Shown here: positions 9,810-20,913 of the stretch, in pieces
Position numbering within the stretch: the stretch's first letter is position 1
Layout of the letters: each line of letters begins with the position of its first letter
DNA from: Acidobacteriota bacterium
GTDB lineage: Bacteria; Acidobacteriota; UBA890; WLXD01
NCBI GenBank assembly: GCA_963666215.2
Contig: CAXWPL010000005.1
Location: forward strand, 1,504,001-1,568,000
Direction: 5' to 3'
Length of the DNA stretch: 64,000 nucleotides
Made by a program: the position numbers and the translations under genes
Notes under the pieces: model-generated
The model's input: only the letters and a program-made list of their open reading frames with translations
What the model was told of the DNA's origin: nothing
The model's database searches: none

Positions 9810-11291
9810 TTGACGGTCAAAGAACGGTTGAGCGAGTGGCGGGTCGCGTGTTACGCCTCGATGTACATGCCGATCTCGATGGCCCTCTTGCCGGTTGGGA
9901 TTTACGTCCAACCCCACTACGCGGAGCTTGGTGTCAGCCTGATCGGCATGTCCGGCATCATCTTCTTTGCGCGCCTATCCGACGTCTTCACCGATCCGCT
10001 GATCGGGGTTCTCTCGGACCGGACCAAGAGCCGCATCGGCCGGCGCAAGCCGTGGATCATCGCCGGTACGCCGCTGATGATGGTCTCGATGTACATGCTC
10101 TTCATACCGCCGGAGAATCCATCGATCTGGTACTTCGGAGTGTGGATCGTGCTGATCTATCTCGCCTTCACGGTGGTCGATCTACCGTATTTCGCCTGGG
10201 GCGCCGAGCTCACAACCGACTACCACGAGCGCACTCATGTGACCGGGCGGCGAGAGCAGTTCCACTTTCTTGGAACCGTCACCGCGAGCGCCATGCCGCT
10301 AATCGCGGGCACGCTGATCTATCTCAGCGCCAGCGGCAACAGCTTGAATGGCTTGCTATCGAACCCCTCCGAAGAACTTGGCTCGGTGATGGCCACGAGA
10401 GCGGGAAGTCCGGGCGCGATCTTGGAGTGGCTGGCGATTTTCGTGCTGATCGCACTTCCGGTCACAGTGCTGCTGGCGACGGTGTTCGTCAGCGAGCCGG
10501 ACCAAGTGGTCATTCCGCGCCGCCCGCCGAGTTTTCTCGCCAGCATCAAGGTCGTGCGCCGCAACGGCCCCTTTGTCCGTTTGATCGTTTGTTACGGGGT
10601 CAGTATCCTCGGACAATCGATGACCGGAGCGTTGTCGTTCTTCTTCGTCAAGCACGTCATCGAGGCTGGCGAGTGGTACTCGATCTTCGTGCTCGTCTAC
10701 TTCTCGTCGTCGCTGCTTGGTCTGTTTTTCTTCATGCCGTTGGCGAAGCGGATCGGCAAACATCGGGCGTTCATCGCTGCCATCATCTGGTATGGGTTCT
10801 GGGCCTCGTTCATTCCCTTTATTCCTGCGGGATGGTTTGGCGTCTTTCTGATCGTCATGGCATTCAAGGGCTCCTCGGAAGGCGCCATGCTCGCGATTCC
10901 CGCCGCGATGGCCGCCGACGCGGTCGACATCGACAGTGCCAGGACCGGTCAGCAGCGCGCGGGTCTGTACTTCTCGGTGTGGGGCATGCTGAAGAAGGGC
11001 GGCGCCGCCGCTGGCGGCGCGATAGCGCTCTTCGTGATCGCTATCTTCGGCTTCGACGCCACCGCGGATCCTGGCCTGAGAGGTACCGTCGATGGTAATT
11101 CGGGCGTCTCGCTCCTGGTTCTGACGCTGTGCTACTCGATCATTCCGGCCGGGCTCAAATTTCTTGCGCTTCCCTTCATCTGGCGCTACCCGTTGACCGA
11201 GGAACGGCAGGTTCGCATCCGCGAGCGCCTGGAGCGGCGGGGGGTTCGAGTTTCGGCGACGCGAGGTGGCGGCGAGGCCTCGTCGTCATAA
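9810..11291 (+). CDS. MFS transporter, GPH/MelB-like
   Basis: DVFTDPLIGVLSDRTKSRIGRRKPW, WGAELTTDYHERT, AGLYFSVW; many hydrophobic helices. Confidence 0.88.
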   Translation: MTVKERLSEWRVACYASMYMPISMALLPVGIYVQPHYAELGVSLIGMSGIIFFARLSDVFTDPLIGVLSDRTKSRIGRRKPWIIAGTPLMMVSMYMLFIPPENPSIWYFGVWIVLIYLAFTVVDLPYFAWGAELTTDYHERTHVTGRREQFHFLGTVTASAMPLIAGTLIYLSASGNSLNGLLSNPSEELGSVMATRAGSPGAILEWLAIFVLIALPVTVLLATVFVSEPDQVVIPRRPPSFLASIKVVRRNGPFVRLIVCYGVSILGQSMTGALSFFFVKHVIEAGEWYSIFVLVYFSSSLLGLFFFMPLAKRIGKHRAFIAAIIWYGFWASFIPFIPAGWFGVFLIVMAFKGSSEGAMLAIPAAMAADAVDIDSARTGQQRAGLYFSVWGMLKKGGAAAGGAIALFVIAIFGFDATADPGLRGTVDGNSGVSLLVLTLCYSIIPAGLKFLALPFIWRYPLTEERQVRIRERLERRGVRVSATRGGGEASSS

Positions 11292-11528
11292 CAACCTCGC
11301 TGTGGCTTGTTGTGGTTTGAGCGCTCGTGATTGCTATGTGACTGCTGATGGAGGGATGTTCCTACTCGGTGCCACGGGAATTGGCGGCAACAAAAGCTCC
11401 GACCCCAGCAACGTTAGAATCATGCGCGAATGAAAGTGACACAACCGACTGCTAGCAGATCCTCGTGCTCTTTCAACTCGGCGGGAAGACCGAGTCCTTA
11501 CGGCGAGCGATAGAGAGGAGGTTAGATC

Positions 11529-11632
11529 CTGACGAAGCATGACAAGATCCTTCTCACCATCCTCCGCGGTGCGGCCGACACGAAAGCGTCCTGCTGAAAT
11601 ACAAGCTCGGAGGAGACGCCCATGAGGACTGA
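11529..11632 (+). pseudogene. hicA: Internally deleted hicA toxin remnant
   Basis: The N-terminal KHDKILLTILRGAADT is joined out of frame to the C-terminal VLLKYKLGGD. The catalytic GSH core is absent. It overlaps the hicB start. Confidence 0.65.
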
Positions 11633-11840
11633 GCCGCGCTACGAGGTCATCATCTACTGGAGCGGGGACGATGCCGCCTATGTAGCGGAGGTCCCGGAGT
11701 TGCCAGGGTGTGCTGCCGACGGCCAGACCCAAGCAGAAGCACTCGAAAACGCGCAGGCGATCATTCGCGAGTGGATCGAAACGGCCCAAGAGTTGGGTAG
11801 AGCTATTCCTCAGCCGAAGGGCCGCCTCATCTACGCGTAG
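11622..11840 (+). CDS. hicB: HicB family antitoxin
   Basis: YEVIIYWS..D..YVAEVPELPGCAADGQTQAEAL...WIETAQELGRAIPQPKGRL; GGAG RBS. Confidence 0.9.
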   Translation: MRTEPRYEVIIYWSGDDAAYVAEVPELPGCAADGQTQAEALENAQAIIREWIETAQELGRAIPQPKGRLIYA

Positions 11841-12078
11841 GCTTCGGCTCGACGACGAGGGTCTGGGAACACGGGCCTCGGTGCTCCTGCGGCCACTAAC
11901 CTGCGTCGGGTGGGAGTTCTATTGTGGTTTCTTGCTCCGGATAGAACGGAAATTTGAATCTCGTATTCAATAAACTCAAGCATTCGTATCAAGCAGTTGC
12001 ATAACCCTGGTTTTGCGAGTAGCCTTATCGTCGAAAACAAATCGATCTCGGAAGGACCGCGACACAGGAGTGAGCAAA

Positions 12079-13512
12079 ATGAGCGTCGACCCACTGAGAA
12101 TTTTCCGGGACACGACACTAGTTGCTACGCTGATGTGCTTGGCGACTTCGCTGGTGTTTGCGGCGGAGCGCAAGCCGAATATTCTGATCATTGTGGCTGA
12201 CGATCTGGGCTACGGGGATCTCGGTTTCCAAGGTGGGAGGGATATTCCGACGCCGAACCTGGACACGTTGGCCAGAAGCGGAGTGCGTTTCTCGAACGGC
12301 TACGTGTCTGCGGCTTGGTGCGCCCCGACCCGCGCCGGCCTGTTGACGGGGCGTTATCAACAGCGTTTCGGGCACTACCGCGGGATTGGGAGCACAGGCA
12401 GTATCGGGCCAGAGCCCGCCGGCCTGGCTCTGTCGGAGACCACCCTCGCCGATCGTCTGAAGGCGGCCGGGTATGCCACCGGGATTGTCGGAAAATGGCA
12501 TTTGGGAACCTCGCCCGAGTTTCATCCGCAACAACGCGGCTTTGATGAGTTCTTCGGCTTCCTGGGAGGGGCGCACAGCTTCCTGCCCGGTTTGCCGAGC
12601 ATCATCTTTCCGGACCGGACGGGGGCCGGCGAGGACTATGGCAGCCGTATGGCGGGACAGATCCAGCGCGGCACAGAGCGGGTCGGAGAAGAGGAATACC
12701 TGACCGATGCCTTCGCTCGCGAAGCCGTTTCGTTCATCGAACGGCATCAGAAGGCTCCGTTCTTCCTGTATCTGGCGTTCAACGCGGTGCACACGCCGAT
12801 GCACGCTACGGACCAGCGGCTGGAGAAGTTCGCGGCCATCAAGGATCCGGTCCGGCGCATCTATTGTGCGATGACGCTGGCAATGGATGAAGCCGTTGGC
12901 AGGGTGACCGACAAGCTGCGGGAAGCTGGCTTGGAAGAAGACACGCTGATTTTTTTCATCAGCGACAATGGTGGGCCAACCATCCATAAGTTTGCGTACA
13001 ACGCCTCACGAAACACGCCGCTCCGCGGTTCGAAAGGAACCACGCTCGAAGGCGGCATCCGGGTGCCGTTCGTCGTTTCGTGGAAAGGACATCTCCCGGC
13101 CGGTGAGGTTTACGATCCGCCGGTCATCCAGTTGGATTTTCTGCCCACGGCCCTGGCCGCTGCCGGAGTGGAAGCGAAGCCGGAGTGGAAGCTCGACGGC
13201 GTCAATCTTCTGCCCCATATCAAAGGCCAGGCCTCCTCTGGGCCCCACGACGCGCTCTACTGGGGCTCGATCGGACAGACGGCGGTTCGCCAGGGCGACT
13301 GGAAACTGGTCACCTACCTGAGCAACATCGATGAAGGGGATGTCCTTCGCTCTGACCCTTCGCGACTAACTTCTCCCAGACTGTACAACCTGAGCAGCGA
13401 CATTGGCGAAGCCAACGACCTCGCCAGTAGCGAGACGGGAAAGTTCAAAGAGCTCAAGTCGCTTTGGCACAAATGGGCCGCCACGATGAGCGTCAAGATG
13501 GTCGAACCTTAG
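12079..13512 (+). CDS. Arylsulfatase-family sulfatase (Cys-type)
   Basis: KPNILIIVADDLGYGD, CAPTRAGLLTGRY (CxPxR), GKWHLG, SDNG; signal peptide. Confidence 0.92.
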   Translation: MSVDPLRIFRDTTLVATLMCLATSLVFAAERKPNILIIVADDLGYGDLGFQGGRDIPTPNLDTLARSGVRFSNGYVSAAWCAPTRAGLLTGRYQQRFGHYRGIGSTGSIGPEPAGLALSETTLADRLKAAGYATGIVGKWHLGTSPEFHPQQRGFDEFFGFLGGAHSFLPGLPSIIFPDRTGAGEDYGSRMAGQIQRGTERVGEEEYLTDAFAREAVSFIERHQKAPFFLYLAFNAVHTPMHATDQRLEKFAAIKDPVRRIYCAMTLAMDEAVGRVTDKLREAGLEEDTLIFFISDNGGPTIHKFAYNASRNTPLRGSKGTTLEGGIRVPFVVSWKGHLPAGEVYDPPVIQLDFLPTALAAAGVEAKPEWKLDGVNLLPHIKGQASSGPHDALYWGSIGQTAVRQGDWKLVTYLSNIDEGDVLRSDPSRLTSPRLYNLSSDIGEANDLASSETGKFKELKSLWHKWAATMSVKMVEP

Positions 13513-13570
13513 CGGCGCCTCACTCAAACGTGGGTCTGGCCTCGATGGATCTCGATCCCGGAAGGCGCCA

Positions 13571-14320
13571 CTATCTGACGATAGAGACATTAAGGGTCCG
13601 AGCCAAGAAAAACTCGGCCTGGGGTGCTTTCTCCAAGGTGATTGGGGTGATCTCGGGATCACCTCCTGGTGCACTGATCACCAGATCCACCTCAGCCGCT
13701 GAATCCCAGATGAGGATTTCGAATTCGCCGTTCTTCTTGGTCTCTTCGGAGGTGGCGATGAGCTCGCCCCCGTCTCGGATCTCGACTACGGCGCCTTTGA
13801 TGCCTTTGCCGCTCTCTCTGTTCGAAACCGTTCCCACCAGAACAGCGCAAACGCCTTCCAGGGCTGGTTTCTGGCCGGCGGGCGCCAGGATCGGATAGAC
13901 CCTTTCGAAGCCGTTCCTGTTGAGTGGTACCCGCGCCTCCACAGTCTCATAGCCTTCTTTTTCATAGCTGGCTCGGGCGACGATGCCGACCTGATCAATC
14001 CTGGGGTAGAGACCTCCCATTCCGCGCACGAGGTAGTTTCCGGTCTTCCTGCTCTTCGATCGCACCCTGAACGCCCCCGCGTCGTCGTTCACTACCCAGA
14101 TCAACACATCAGACATGGGATTACCTTCGAGGTCGAAAGCTGTTCCCATCAGGCGGGTGTTGTCACCAGCCCCGGCCTCGGGGTCTTCGGTGCCGAGGAA
14201 GCCGCCGGAAGTGTTCTGTGCGTGGGCACCGGAGCTGACCAGGGCGAGTGCGGTGAGGAGTAGCAGGTAGCGCAGACCGAAGAAGCACCAGCGTGCCTTC
14301 CTTGTGCAATGTCGGGTCAT
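13571..14320 (-). CDS. Secreted protein with carboxypeptidase-regulatory-like beta-sandwich domains
   Basis: Signal peptide ending AHA; two G-T-x-x-D/N...G-x-F/Y beta-rich segments. Confidence 0.6.
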   Translation of the reverse strand: MTRHCTRKARWCFFGLRYLLLLTALALVSSGAHAQNTSGGFLGTEDPEAGAGDNTRLMGTAFDLEGNPMSDVLIWVVNDDAGAFRVRSKSRKTGNYLVRGMGGLYPRIDQVGIVARASYEKEGYETVEARVPLNRNGFERVYPILAPAGQKPALEGVCAVLVGTVSNRESGKGIKGAVVEIRDGGELIATSEETKKNGEFEILIWDSAAEVDLVISAPGGDPEITPITLEKAPQAEFFLARTLNVSIVR

Positions 14321-14549
14321 AGTGAAGCTCCCCTGTGATGATCGGGTACGGTACCACTGAGTCTACTCCTCCTCACCTACGGGCCGGCGAGGCCTTCTTC
14401 GTCGCTCTCGTTCGCATGCGTCGACTTTAGCCTGAGAGAAATGGCAGCGAGGGGCGACGTTCTTCGCCGGACACGTTAGTGTGACCGTCCCGGCTCCGCC
14501 GAGGGCACCGCCCCGCGAATCGAGCCTTTACTTTTGAGGAGAGTCCCTG

Positions 14550-15788
14550 ATGAGTGTTTCTTCTGGCGGTTTGCTCGAAGGCATCAAGGTGGTCGAGGCC
14601 GCGGCCATGGTGATGGTGCCGTCGGTCGGGGCGATGCTCAGCGACTACGGCGCGGAGGTGGTGAAGATCGAGTCGCTGGAGGGAGACCTCAACCGGCAGG
14701 GTCATCTCTTTCCGGGCATGCCTAAGCACCCGGAGGAATACGAGTACACCTTCTTGCCCGACAACCGCGGCAAAAGAAGCCTCGCTCTGAATCTCAAGGA
14801 CCCTGCCGGTCACGAGATCCTGATGAAGCTGATCGACGGCGCCGACGTCTTTCTCACCAACACTCGGCAGAAGGCACTGGATCGCCTGGGCCTGGGGTAC
14901 AAAGAGATCTCGGCGAGGAACCCACGCCTGGTCTACGCCCACGGGACCGGCTTCGGAGATCGGGGCCCCGAGGCTGACAAGCCGGGCTTCGACGGCGTCA
15001 CTTACTGGTCTCGCAGTGGGCTCGAGGCCTCCTTGTTTCCTGAACAAGGCTGGCTCGGTTCGACCGGTTACGGTACCGGCGATCACCCCAGCGGCATGTC
15101 TCTCTTCAGTGCGGTGATGCTTGCGCTCTTTGCACGCGAGCGCACCGGAAAGGGAGGGCGGGTCTCGACTTCGCTACTCGCCAATGGCGTCTGGGCGAAC
15201 GCGATCATCATTCAGGCCCGCCTGCTGAATACCCAGTTTCAGGAACGGCGGGCGAGGGAAGACGCTCGCAATTTCACCGGGGTCTACTATCGAGCCGGGG
15301 ACGGCCGCATCTTCAAAATGGCGGTGCCGGACATCGAGCCAGGCTGGCCCAAGGTCTGCCGTGCGATCGGTCGGCCCGACCTGATCGACGATCCGCGCTA
15401 CGCCACTCTGGAAGCTCGCTCCCAGGACGGGCACATGAAGGAGCTCATCGAGCTCTGCGACCAGATCTTCGCGACCAGGCCCGTCGAGCATTGGCAGAAG
15501 ACTCTCGAGAGAGAGGATGTTCCCCACTCCCTCGTTGCCAACTACGACGACGTCGAAGCCGACGAGCAGATGGCCGCCAACGACATCTTTGTCGAGTTTG
15601 ACCATCCAGAGCTCGGCAAGCTTCGCACCGTCAACAGCCCTTTCGAGCTGGACGACCATGCCAAGGTGCGACCGCGTCCGGCGCCTGGCCACGGTGAGCA
15701 CTCGGCCGAAGTCCTGGCAGAGCTCGGTCTCGATGCCGGGCGTATCGAGGAGCTGGTGGAGCGTGGAGTGGTCAAGGCGGGAGCCTAA
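14550..15788 (+). CDS. CaiB/BaiF family CoA-transferase
   Basis: LEGIKVVE, DYGAEVVKIE, NRGKRSLALNLK, ADVFLTN, RNPRLVYA. Confidence 0.9.
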   Translation: MSVSSGGLLEGIKVVEAAAMVMVPSVGAMLSDYGAEVVKIESLEGDLNRQGHLFPGMPKHPEEYEYTFLPDNRGKRSLALNLKDPAGHEILMKLIDGADVFLTNTRQKALDRLGLGYKEISARNPRLVYAHGTGFGDRGPEADKPGFDGVTYWSRSGLEASLFPEQGWLGSTGYGTGDHPSGMSLFSAVMLALFARERTGKGGRVSTSLLANGVWANAIIIQARLLNTQFQERRAREDARNFTGVYYRAGDGRIFKMAVPDIEPGWPKVCRAIGRPDLIDDPRYATLEARSQDGHMKELIELCDQIFATRPVEHWQKTLEREDVPHSLVANYDDVEADEQMAANDIFVEFDHPELGKLRTVNSPFELDDHAKVRPRPAPGHGEHSAEVLAELGLDAGRIEELVERGVVKAGA

Positions 15789-17793
15789 GGGTCGGCGCGG
15801 AAATAAGTTTCCAGTATCTGGGGTGACCATACCACTGCCCCCTTCTTCAGCCACCGCATAATCCTCCGGTACGCGCCTTGTTTGCAAGGTTTAGAGCTAG
15901 CATAGCCCTGCCCGCATTTGGTATAGTTTTCCCTGTCACCTCTTTTGGAAGGGGAACTATACCAAATGGTACGAGCCGAAGATCGTGATGCAACAGTGCG
16001 CGAGCTCTTGATGAGCGAACAAATGGCCACCATGGATGAGCTCAAGGACGCCATGGGAACCCGAGCCACCATGACGGTCTACCGTTCGCTGTCTCGATTG
16101 GGCTATTTGGCCAGCTACTCGGATCGAGGGCGGTTCTATACCTTGAACGAGATTCCCGATTTCGACGATCTGGGTTTGTGGTCGTGCGGTTCGGCGAGGT
16201 TCAGTCGGCATGGCAGCCTCCTCGAAACTGCGGTGGCTGCCGTGGACCGGTCCGCTGCCGGCTATACGGCTTCTGAACTCGAGCTCCTGCTGCAGGTCGA
16301 GGTCAAGCACGCGATGTTGCACCTCGTTCGTCGCAAGAGAATCGTACGATCCAGAGTTGGGAAGAGGTTCGTATACTTGTGCTCGGAAACAGGGCGCCGT
16401 CGTCAGCAGAAGCTGATGCGCAACGAACGGCAGGCTCTCCAGGATGTAGCTGCCAGCCTCGTTCCAGAAGTGCTCCCCGAGGAGCTCAGGGCTGCCATCG
16501 TTTTATTCTTCAGCCTGCTAGACGAACGCCAGCGGCGGCTCTTCGCTGGCCTGGAAGCGACCAAGCTCGGGCATGGCGGCGACCGGAAGATCGCCGATCT
16601 TCTGGACCTGGACCCTCATACAGTCGCAAAAGGACGTCGCGAGCTCTTCGGCGGCTCCGTGGAGCGCGGAAGAGTTCGAAGAGCAGGCGGTGGCAACCAA
16701 CGAGTGGAAAAAAAACGCCCGAGATAGTCGATGGAATCCATTCCATACTCGAGGCCGATATAGCTGGTGATCCCATGTCATCAAAAAGATGGACGCACGA
16801 GACCGCTGCAAAGGTGGCCCAATGCCTTGCCGAACGCCTTGACATCATCGTATCGGCTACGGTGGTGCGTCGATTGCTCGCAGACCTGAACTATTCCCTC
16901 AAGAGCAATAGGAAATGTCTGTCTTCGGGGAACTCCCCAGATCGTGATGCACAGTTCAAGGCCATCAAGCGACTGCGCGAGGATTTCACAAGCGCTGGCG
17001 ACCCGATCATCAGCGTCGATACGAAGAAGAAGGAGCTGATCGGTCGGTTCAAGAACCAGGGACAGACATGGTGCCGCGAGGCCAAGCGGGTCAAGGATCA
17101 CGACTTCCGGTCCGAAGCTCTCGCCATCGCCTCCCCCTATGGGATCTACGATCTTCAGAGGAACTTCGGCGTTCTCGTCCTCGGACAGTCGTCGGACACG
17201 CCGGAGTTCGCTGTCAACAGCATCGCGACCTGGTGGCTCAAATACGGTCGATCTCACTATCCGGCGTCTCAGCGTCTCCTCATTCTTGCCGACAGCGGCG
17301 CAAGCAACGGCGCACGGCTTCGAGCCTGGAAGAAGTACCTCCAGGAGAAGCTCGTAGACAAGTGCGGCCTCATCATCACCGTCGCCCACTATCCAACTGG
17401 CACCAGTAAATGGAATCCCATCGAGCACAGGATGTTCAGCGAGATCAGCAAGAACTGGGCCGGAGTTCCTCTCGAGAGTTTCGAGATCCTCGTCAACCTC
17501 GTCCGCAACACGACGACATCCACCGGACTGCGCGTCGAGCCGTGCCGTGATCAACGCCAATACCAGAAAGGAGTCAGGGTATCGGACAAGGAAATGCTGC
17601 AGCTCGCGGTGGCCAGGAGCGACTTCCTAGGAAAGTGGAACTACACCCTCTCGCCGAGACCGCGAACCGAGCAGGAAGAGCTTGCCCCACAGCCTGGGCT
17701 CAGCTCACCACCACCTCCAATGCAGCGACCGCCCTGTGGCGCCTCGGCCTCACACGCTCCGGCGATAATGTGAAGTTATTTCCGCGCCGACCC
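15789..17793 (+). mobile_element. ISAzo13-family IS
   Basis: Perfect 18-bp TIR GGGTCGGCGCGGAAATAA / TTATTTCCGCGCCGACCC, flanked on both sides by TAA (15786-88, 17794-96). Confidence 0.9.
15966..17773 (+). CDS. ISAzo13 transposase, two ORFs joined by a -1 frameshift at the A8 run 16708-16715
   Basis: LDERQRRLFAG...RVRRAGGG then AGDPM..RWT, PIISVDTKKKELIG, HYPTGTSKWNPIEHRMFS. About 180 aa of N-terminal extension. Confidence 0.85.
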
Positions 17794-18289
17794 TAAGAGG
17801 TGGCGCACATGTACGACATCGATGCCGAGTCCCGTAAGTACGTGCTCATAAGTGAGCTCGCGGTGACGGTCGCGCCTCCGCCGGTTGCTCCAAAGACGGG
17901 GAGGGCTCCACCGCGCGAGCTGGTCGATGCGGCCATCGACCGCCCACCTGTAGAGGCGCAGGGAGAACGGGTCGGCAATGAGCAGAAAGCACTCCCAGGT
18001 GCCCCCCACTTCGCCGAGGAGGTCCCGGGTGGTCTCCGAGACGCCACCCGGGGCCGTCATGTAGGACTAGGAGTAGGCGCTGCCTCAGCGGCTCCTCTGC
18101 TGGCCTCCCCAGAGAAAGATCGCGGCGAGCCCGAGTTAGGGCCGCCCCCTCACTCGGGGGCAGCTGGACACTGCGCTCGCGATGGGTGCGCCAAGTGCGC
18201 ATAGCGTCCCGGCCCGGCTCGACCAGCCAGTGCCGCACAGTGAGCTCTGCCGGTCCCAGAAAGCTGAGCAAGCTACGCCGAGAGCTCAT
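17794..18289 (-). pseudogene. 5' fragment of a probable GT4-type glycosyltransferase, frameshifted near 18060 and cut by ISAzo13
   Basis: ATGA overlap with the GT2 stop. RLLLVLH..GGVSETTRDLL...GIDVVHVRHLL ends at the IS end. Confidence 0.5.
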
Positions 18290-19146
18290 GCCGCTGCGCC
18301 TTCTCGTTCGAGGGCTGCGGCCAGGACCTCCCGCAGTTCGTCAAGGGGGTCGGCGGCCAGCCAGGCGGCCACCTGCCGCTCGTACTCTGGGTACAGTCTC
18401 CGCAACTTGCACGCCCCTCGCCTGACCAGCCACCTCTTCCGCCATCCCAAAGACGCGGAGCCGCGGTGAAAAACGAAGGTCCGATCATCCACCAGGTGAA
18501 CGAAGCCCCGGGCACTCGCCCGCATCGCGAAATCGTTCTCCTCGCCGCACCCTTCTGGAAACGCGTGCTCGTCGAAGAGGCCCACCTCGGTGAGAGCCTC
18601 GCGCCGCACCAGCATGCAGAACCCGTTGCCCGTGGGCACCTGCGGACAGAGCCACGGCGAAACCTCCTCAACCAGTCGCGCCATCCCGTCGACCCCAAGC
18701 GACTCCGGCACAGGGTTTCGCCCGTTGCGCACCGGTACCGAGAACGCACCCGCGGCGTTCGATACGGGAGTGACAGTCGCGACGCGAGGGAGGCTCCGCG
18801 CGGTCGCGCTGAGCTTCTCAAGCCAGCGCTGAGTCACCTGGGTGTCGCTGTTGAGTAAAACCACGTTGTCCTCTCCGGCGAGCCGGCAGCCGTGGTTCAC
18901 AGTCGCAGTATAGCCTCGGCGCCGATCGTGGCGCATAACAGCGATCGAAGTTCCCCGCGCCGTCTCGCGATCCCTGGTCGTCAACAGATATGGCCAGATG
19001 CGCCCGTCGCGGCTCGCGTCGTTCAGCAGCACGATTCGGTGCCGGGCCGCCGTGTGCCGTAGTAGGCTCGCGAGACATTTCCGCAAGTCTTCGAAGGCTC
19101 CGTGGATCGGCACCACCACAGTGACCCCCTCCGCTTCGAACTCCAC
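18286..19146 (-). CDS. Glycosyltransferase family 2
   Basis: VTVVVPIH, LLNDAS, VVLLNSDT (DxD-like), GFCMLVRR, GCGEENDF. Confidence 0.9.
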   Translation of the reverse strand: MEFEAEGVTVVVPIHGAFEDLRKCLASLLRHTAARHRIVLLNDASRDGRIWPYLLTTRDRETARGTSIAVMRHDRRRGYTATVNHGCRLAGEDNVVLLNSDTQVTQRWLEKLSATARSLPRVATVTPVSNAAGAFSVPVRNGRNPVPESLGVDGMARLVEEVSPWLCPQVPTGNGFCMLVRREALTEVGLFDEHAFPEGCGEENDFAMRASARGFVHLVDDRTFVFHRGSASLGWRKRWLVRRGACKLRRLYPEYERQVAAWLAADPLDELREVLAAALEREGAAA

Positions 19147-19532
19147 TGAAGATCGCTCCCCTGGACCGGTCGGATGCTACGGATATCGCACATGTGCCTC
19201 GCCGCGAAGGTAGATCCCAAGCCGAGGATGACTAACACAAAGAGCACCTCGTGGTGAGAGTCTCGACGCACCTCGCGCGGAGGAAGACCTTGCGACGTTG
19301 GCTCCTTAGGACTCTAACGCATGGGCGACACCATCACCAGCCGTACTGACGCCGAAGACACGTCTTGAGACCCGGCGCGACGCTGTTGTTTCCCTCGAGG
19401 GGGTCTCCCTCTGTTACCTGTCGCTCCTCAAAACAGATCCGCCTGTGAAATCAGCAGATTAGAGCGCGAGTCCTCACCCCTGGCGCGATTGGCTGTTGCG
19501 TCCCCGACCCGCTTTCATCAGTCTATACGGCC

Positions 19533-20587
19533 ATGACCAAGCTCTTCCTCATGCTAGTCACGATCGTTCTCCGAGCGCGCCGACTTGTCTTTCGGTCGCG
19601 GTCCGATCTTGTTCTAGAGAACGTCGCCTTGAAACAGCAGGTCGACGCGCTGAAGCAGAAGCGACCTGGCCCGCGACTCGACGACGCCGGTCGGGCCTTC
19701 TGGGTGGCGATGAGAAGAGTGTGGAGCGGCTGGGCCGAACGCCTCGTCATTGTGAAGCCGGAGACCGTAGTGAAGTGGCATCGTGAGCGTTTTCGGCGCT
19801 ACTGGACCGAGATCGCCCGACACAAGCGCTGCCCAGGGCGGCCGAGAGTTGAGGGGGAGATCCGCGAGTTGATCCGTAGGATGGCTCTGGAAAACAACTG
19901 GGGAGCTCCGCGGATTCACGGTGAACTGGAGAAGCTGGGCTTCAGCCTCTCCGAGGCGACCGTCTCCCGGTACATGCCGCGACGGCCGGCAGATCTCGAC
20001 GTCGTCCAACGGTGGTTGAGTTTCCTGCGCAACCACAAGGAATGCATCGCAGCGATGGACTTCTTCACCGTCCCGACCGCCTCGTTCGTGTTCTGTACTG
20101 CTGGTTCGTCATCCACCACGACCGACGACGGATCCTTCACTTCAACGCCACGTATAACCCGAGCTCTGCCTGGGTTATCCAGCAGCTGAGGGAGGCGTTC
20201 CCCTACGACACGGCACCGAGGTATCTGATCTTCGACCGCGACGCCATCTTCAGCAAGGCGGTGGCCGGGTTCGTCCGGTCGATGGGAACCAAGGTGTGTC
20301 GAACTGCCTATCGAAGCCCCTGGCAAAACCCTGTGGCAGAGCGCTGGATCGGTGGGTGCCGCCGCGAGCTCTTCGATCACGTGATCGTGGTCCACGAGCT
20401 GCACGCCATCCGGCTCGCCCGCGCCTACATCGACTACTTCCATGAGGACCGCACCCATCTCGGCCTCGGCAAGGACACGCCGTCTAGGCGACCAGTGACA
20501 CCGCCCCCGGCGCCGACCGCGAAGGTCGTCTCGATGCCTCGTGTCGGAGGGCTCCATCACCGATACGAGTGGCGCGAAGCCGCCTGA
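19533..20587 (+). CDS. Integrase-core DDE transposase, frameshifted near 20085
   Basis: LVLENVALKQQ, WGAPRIHGEL, AMDFFTV | RVLYCWFVIHH, YLIFDRD, SPWQNPVAERWIG. Confidence 0.85.
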
Positions 20588-20913
20588 ACGTGCGGGCCTC
20601 GGAGCGGCTCTCTCCACGGGCTGTCTTGAGGAAACAAAGCCTCACCTGGCCAGCGCTAGCGCACCTGTGAGAGTGATCAGGGTAGTTGATGGGATTCGCC
20701 TCTGTTCTAGTCACGGTAGTCGAGGGAAGAGCGTACTGGTCCCTCGGATAGCGTGATCAAAGCGGGCAAAAGAGCCGGCATCATCCGCGGCCACCGGGCG
20801 CGCCGTTGTTGTGGGGGGGGGAGTGAGGTGCCCTCCGGGGGTTGACGTCCCCTCGGAGGGCGTGTCTTCTTTCGTTGAATTTAAAAACGAAAGGACGAAA
20901 GGAGACAGCCCTC

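Noticed and set aside
17800-18204. 134-aa plus-strand ORF ending in CxxxxCxxC
   Set aside because: The opposite strand better fits a glycosyltransferase fragment coupled to the GT2 gene.
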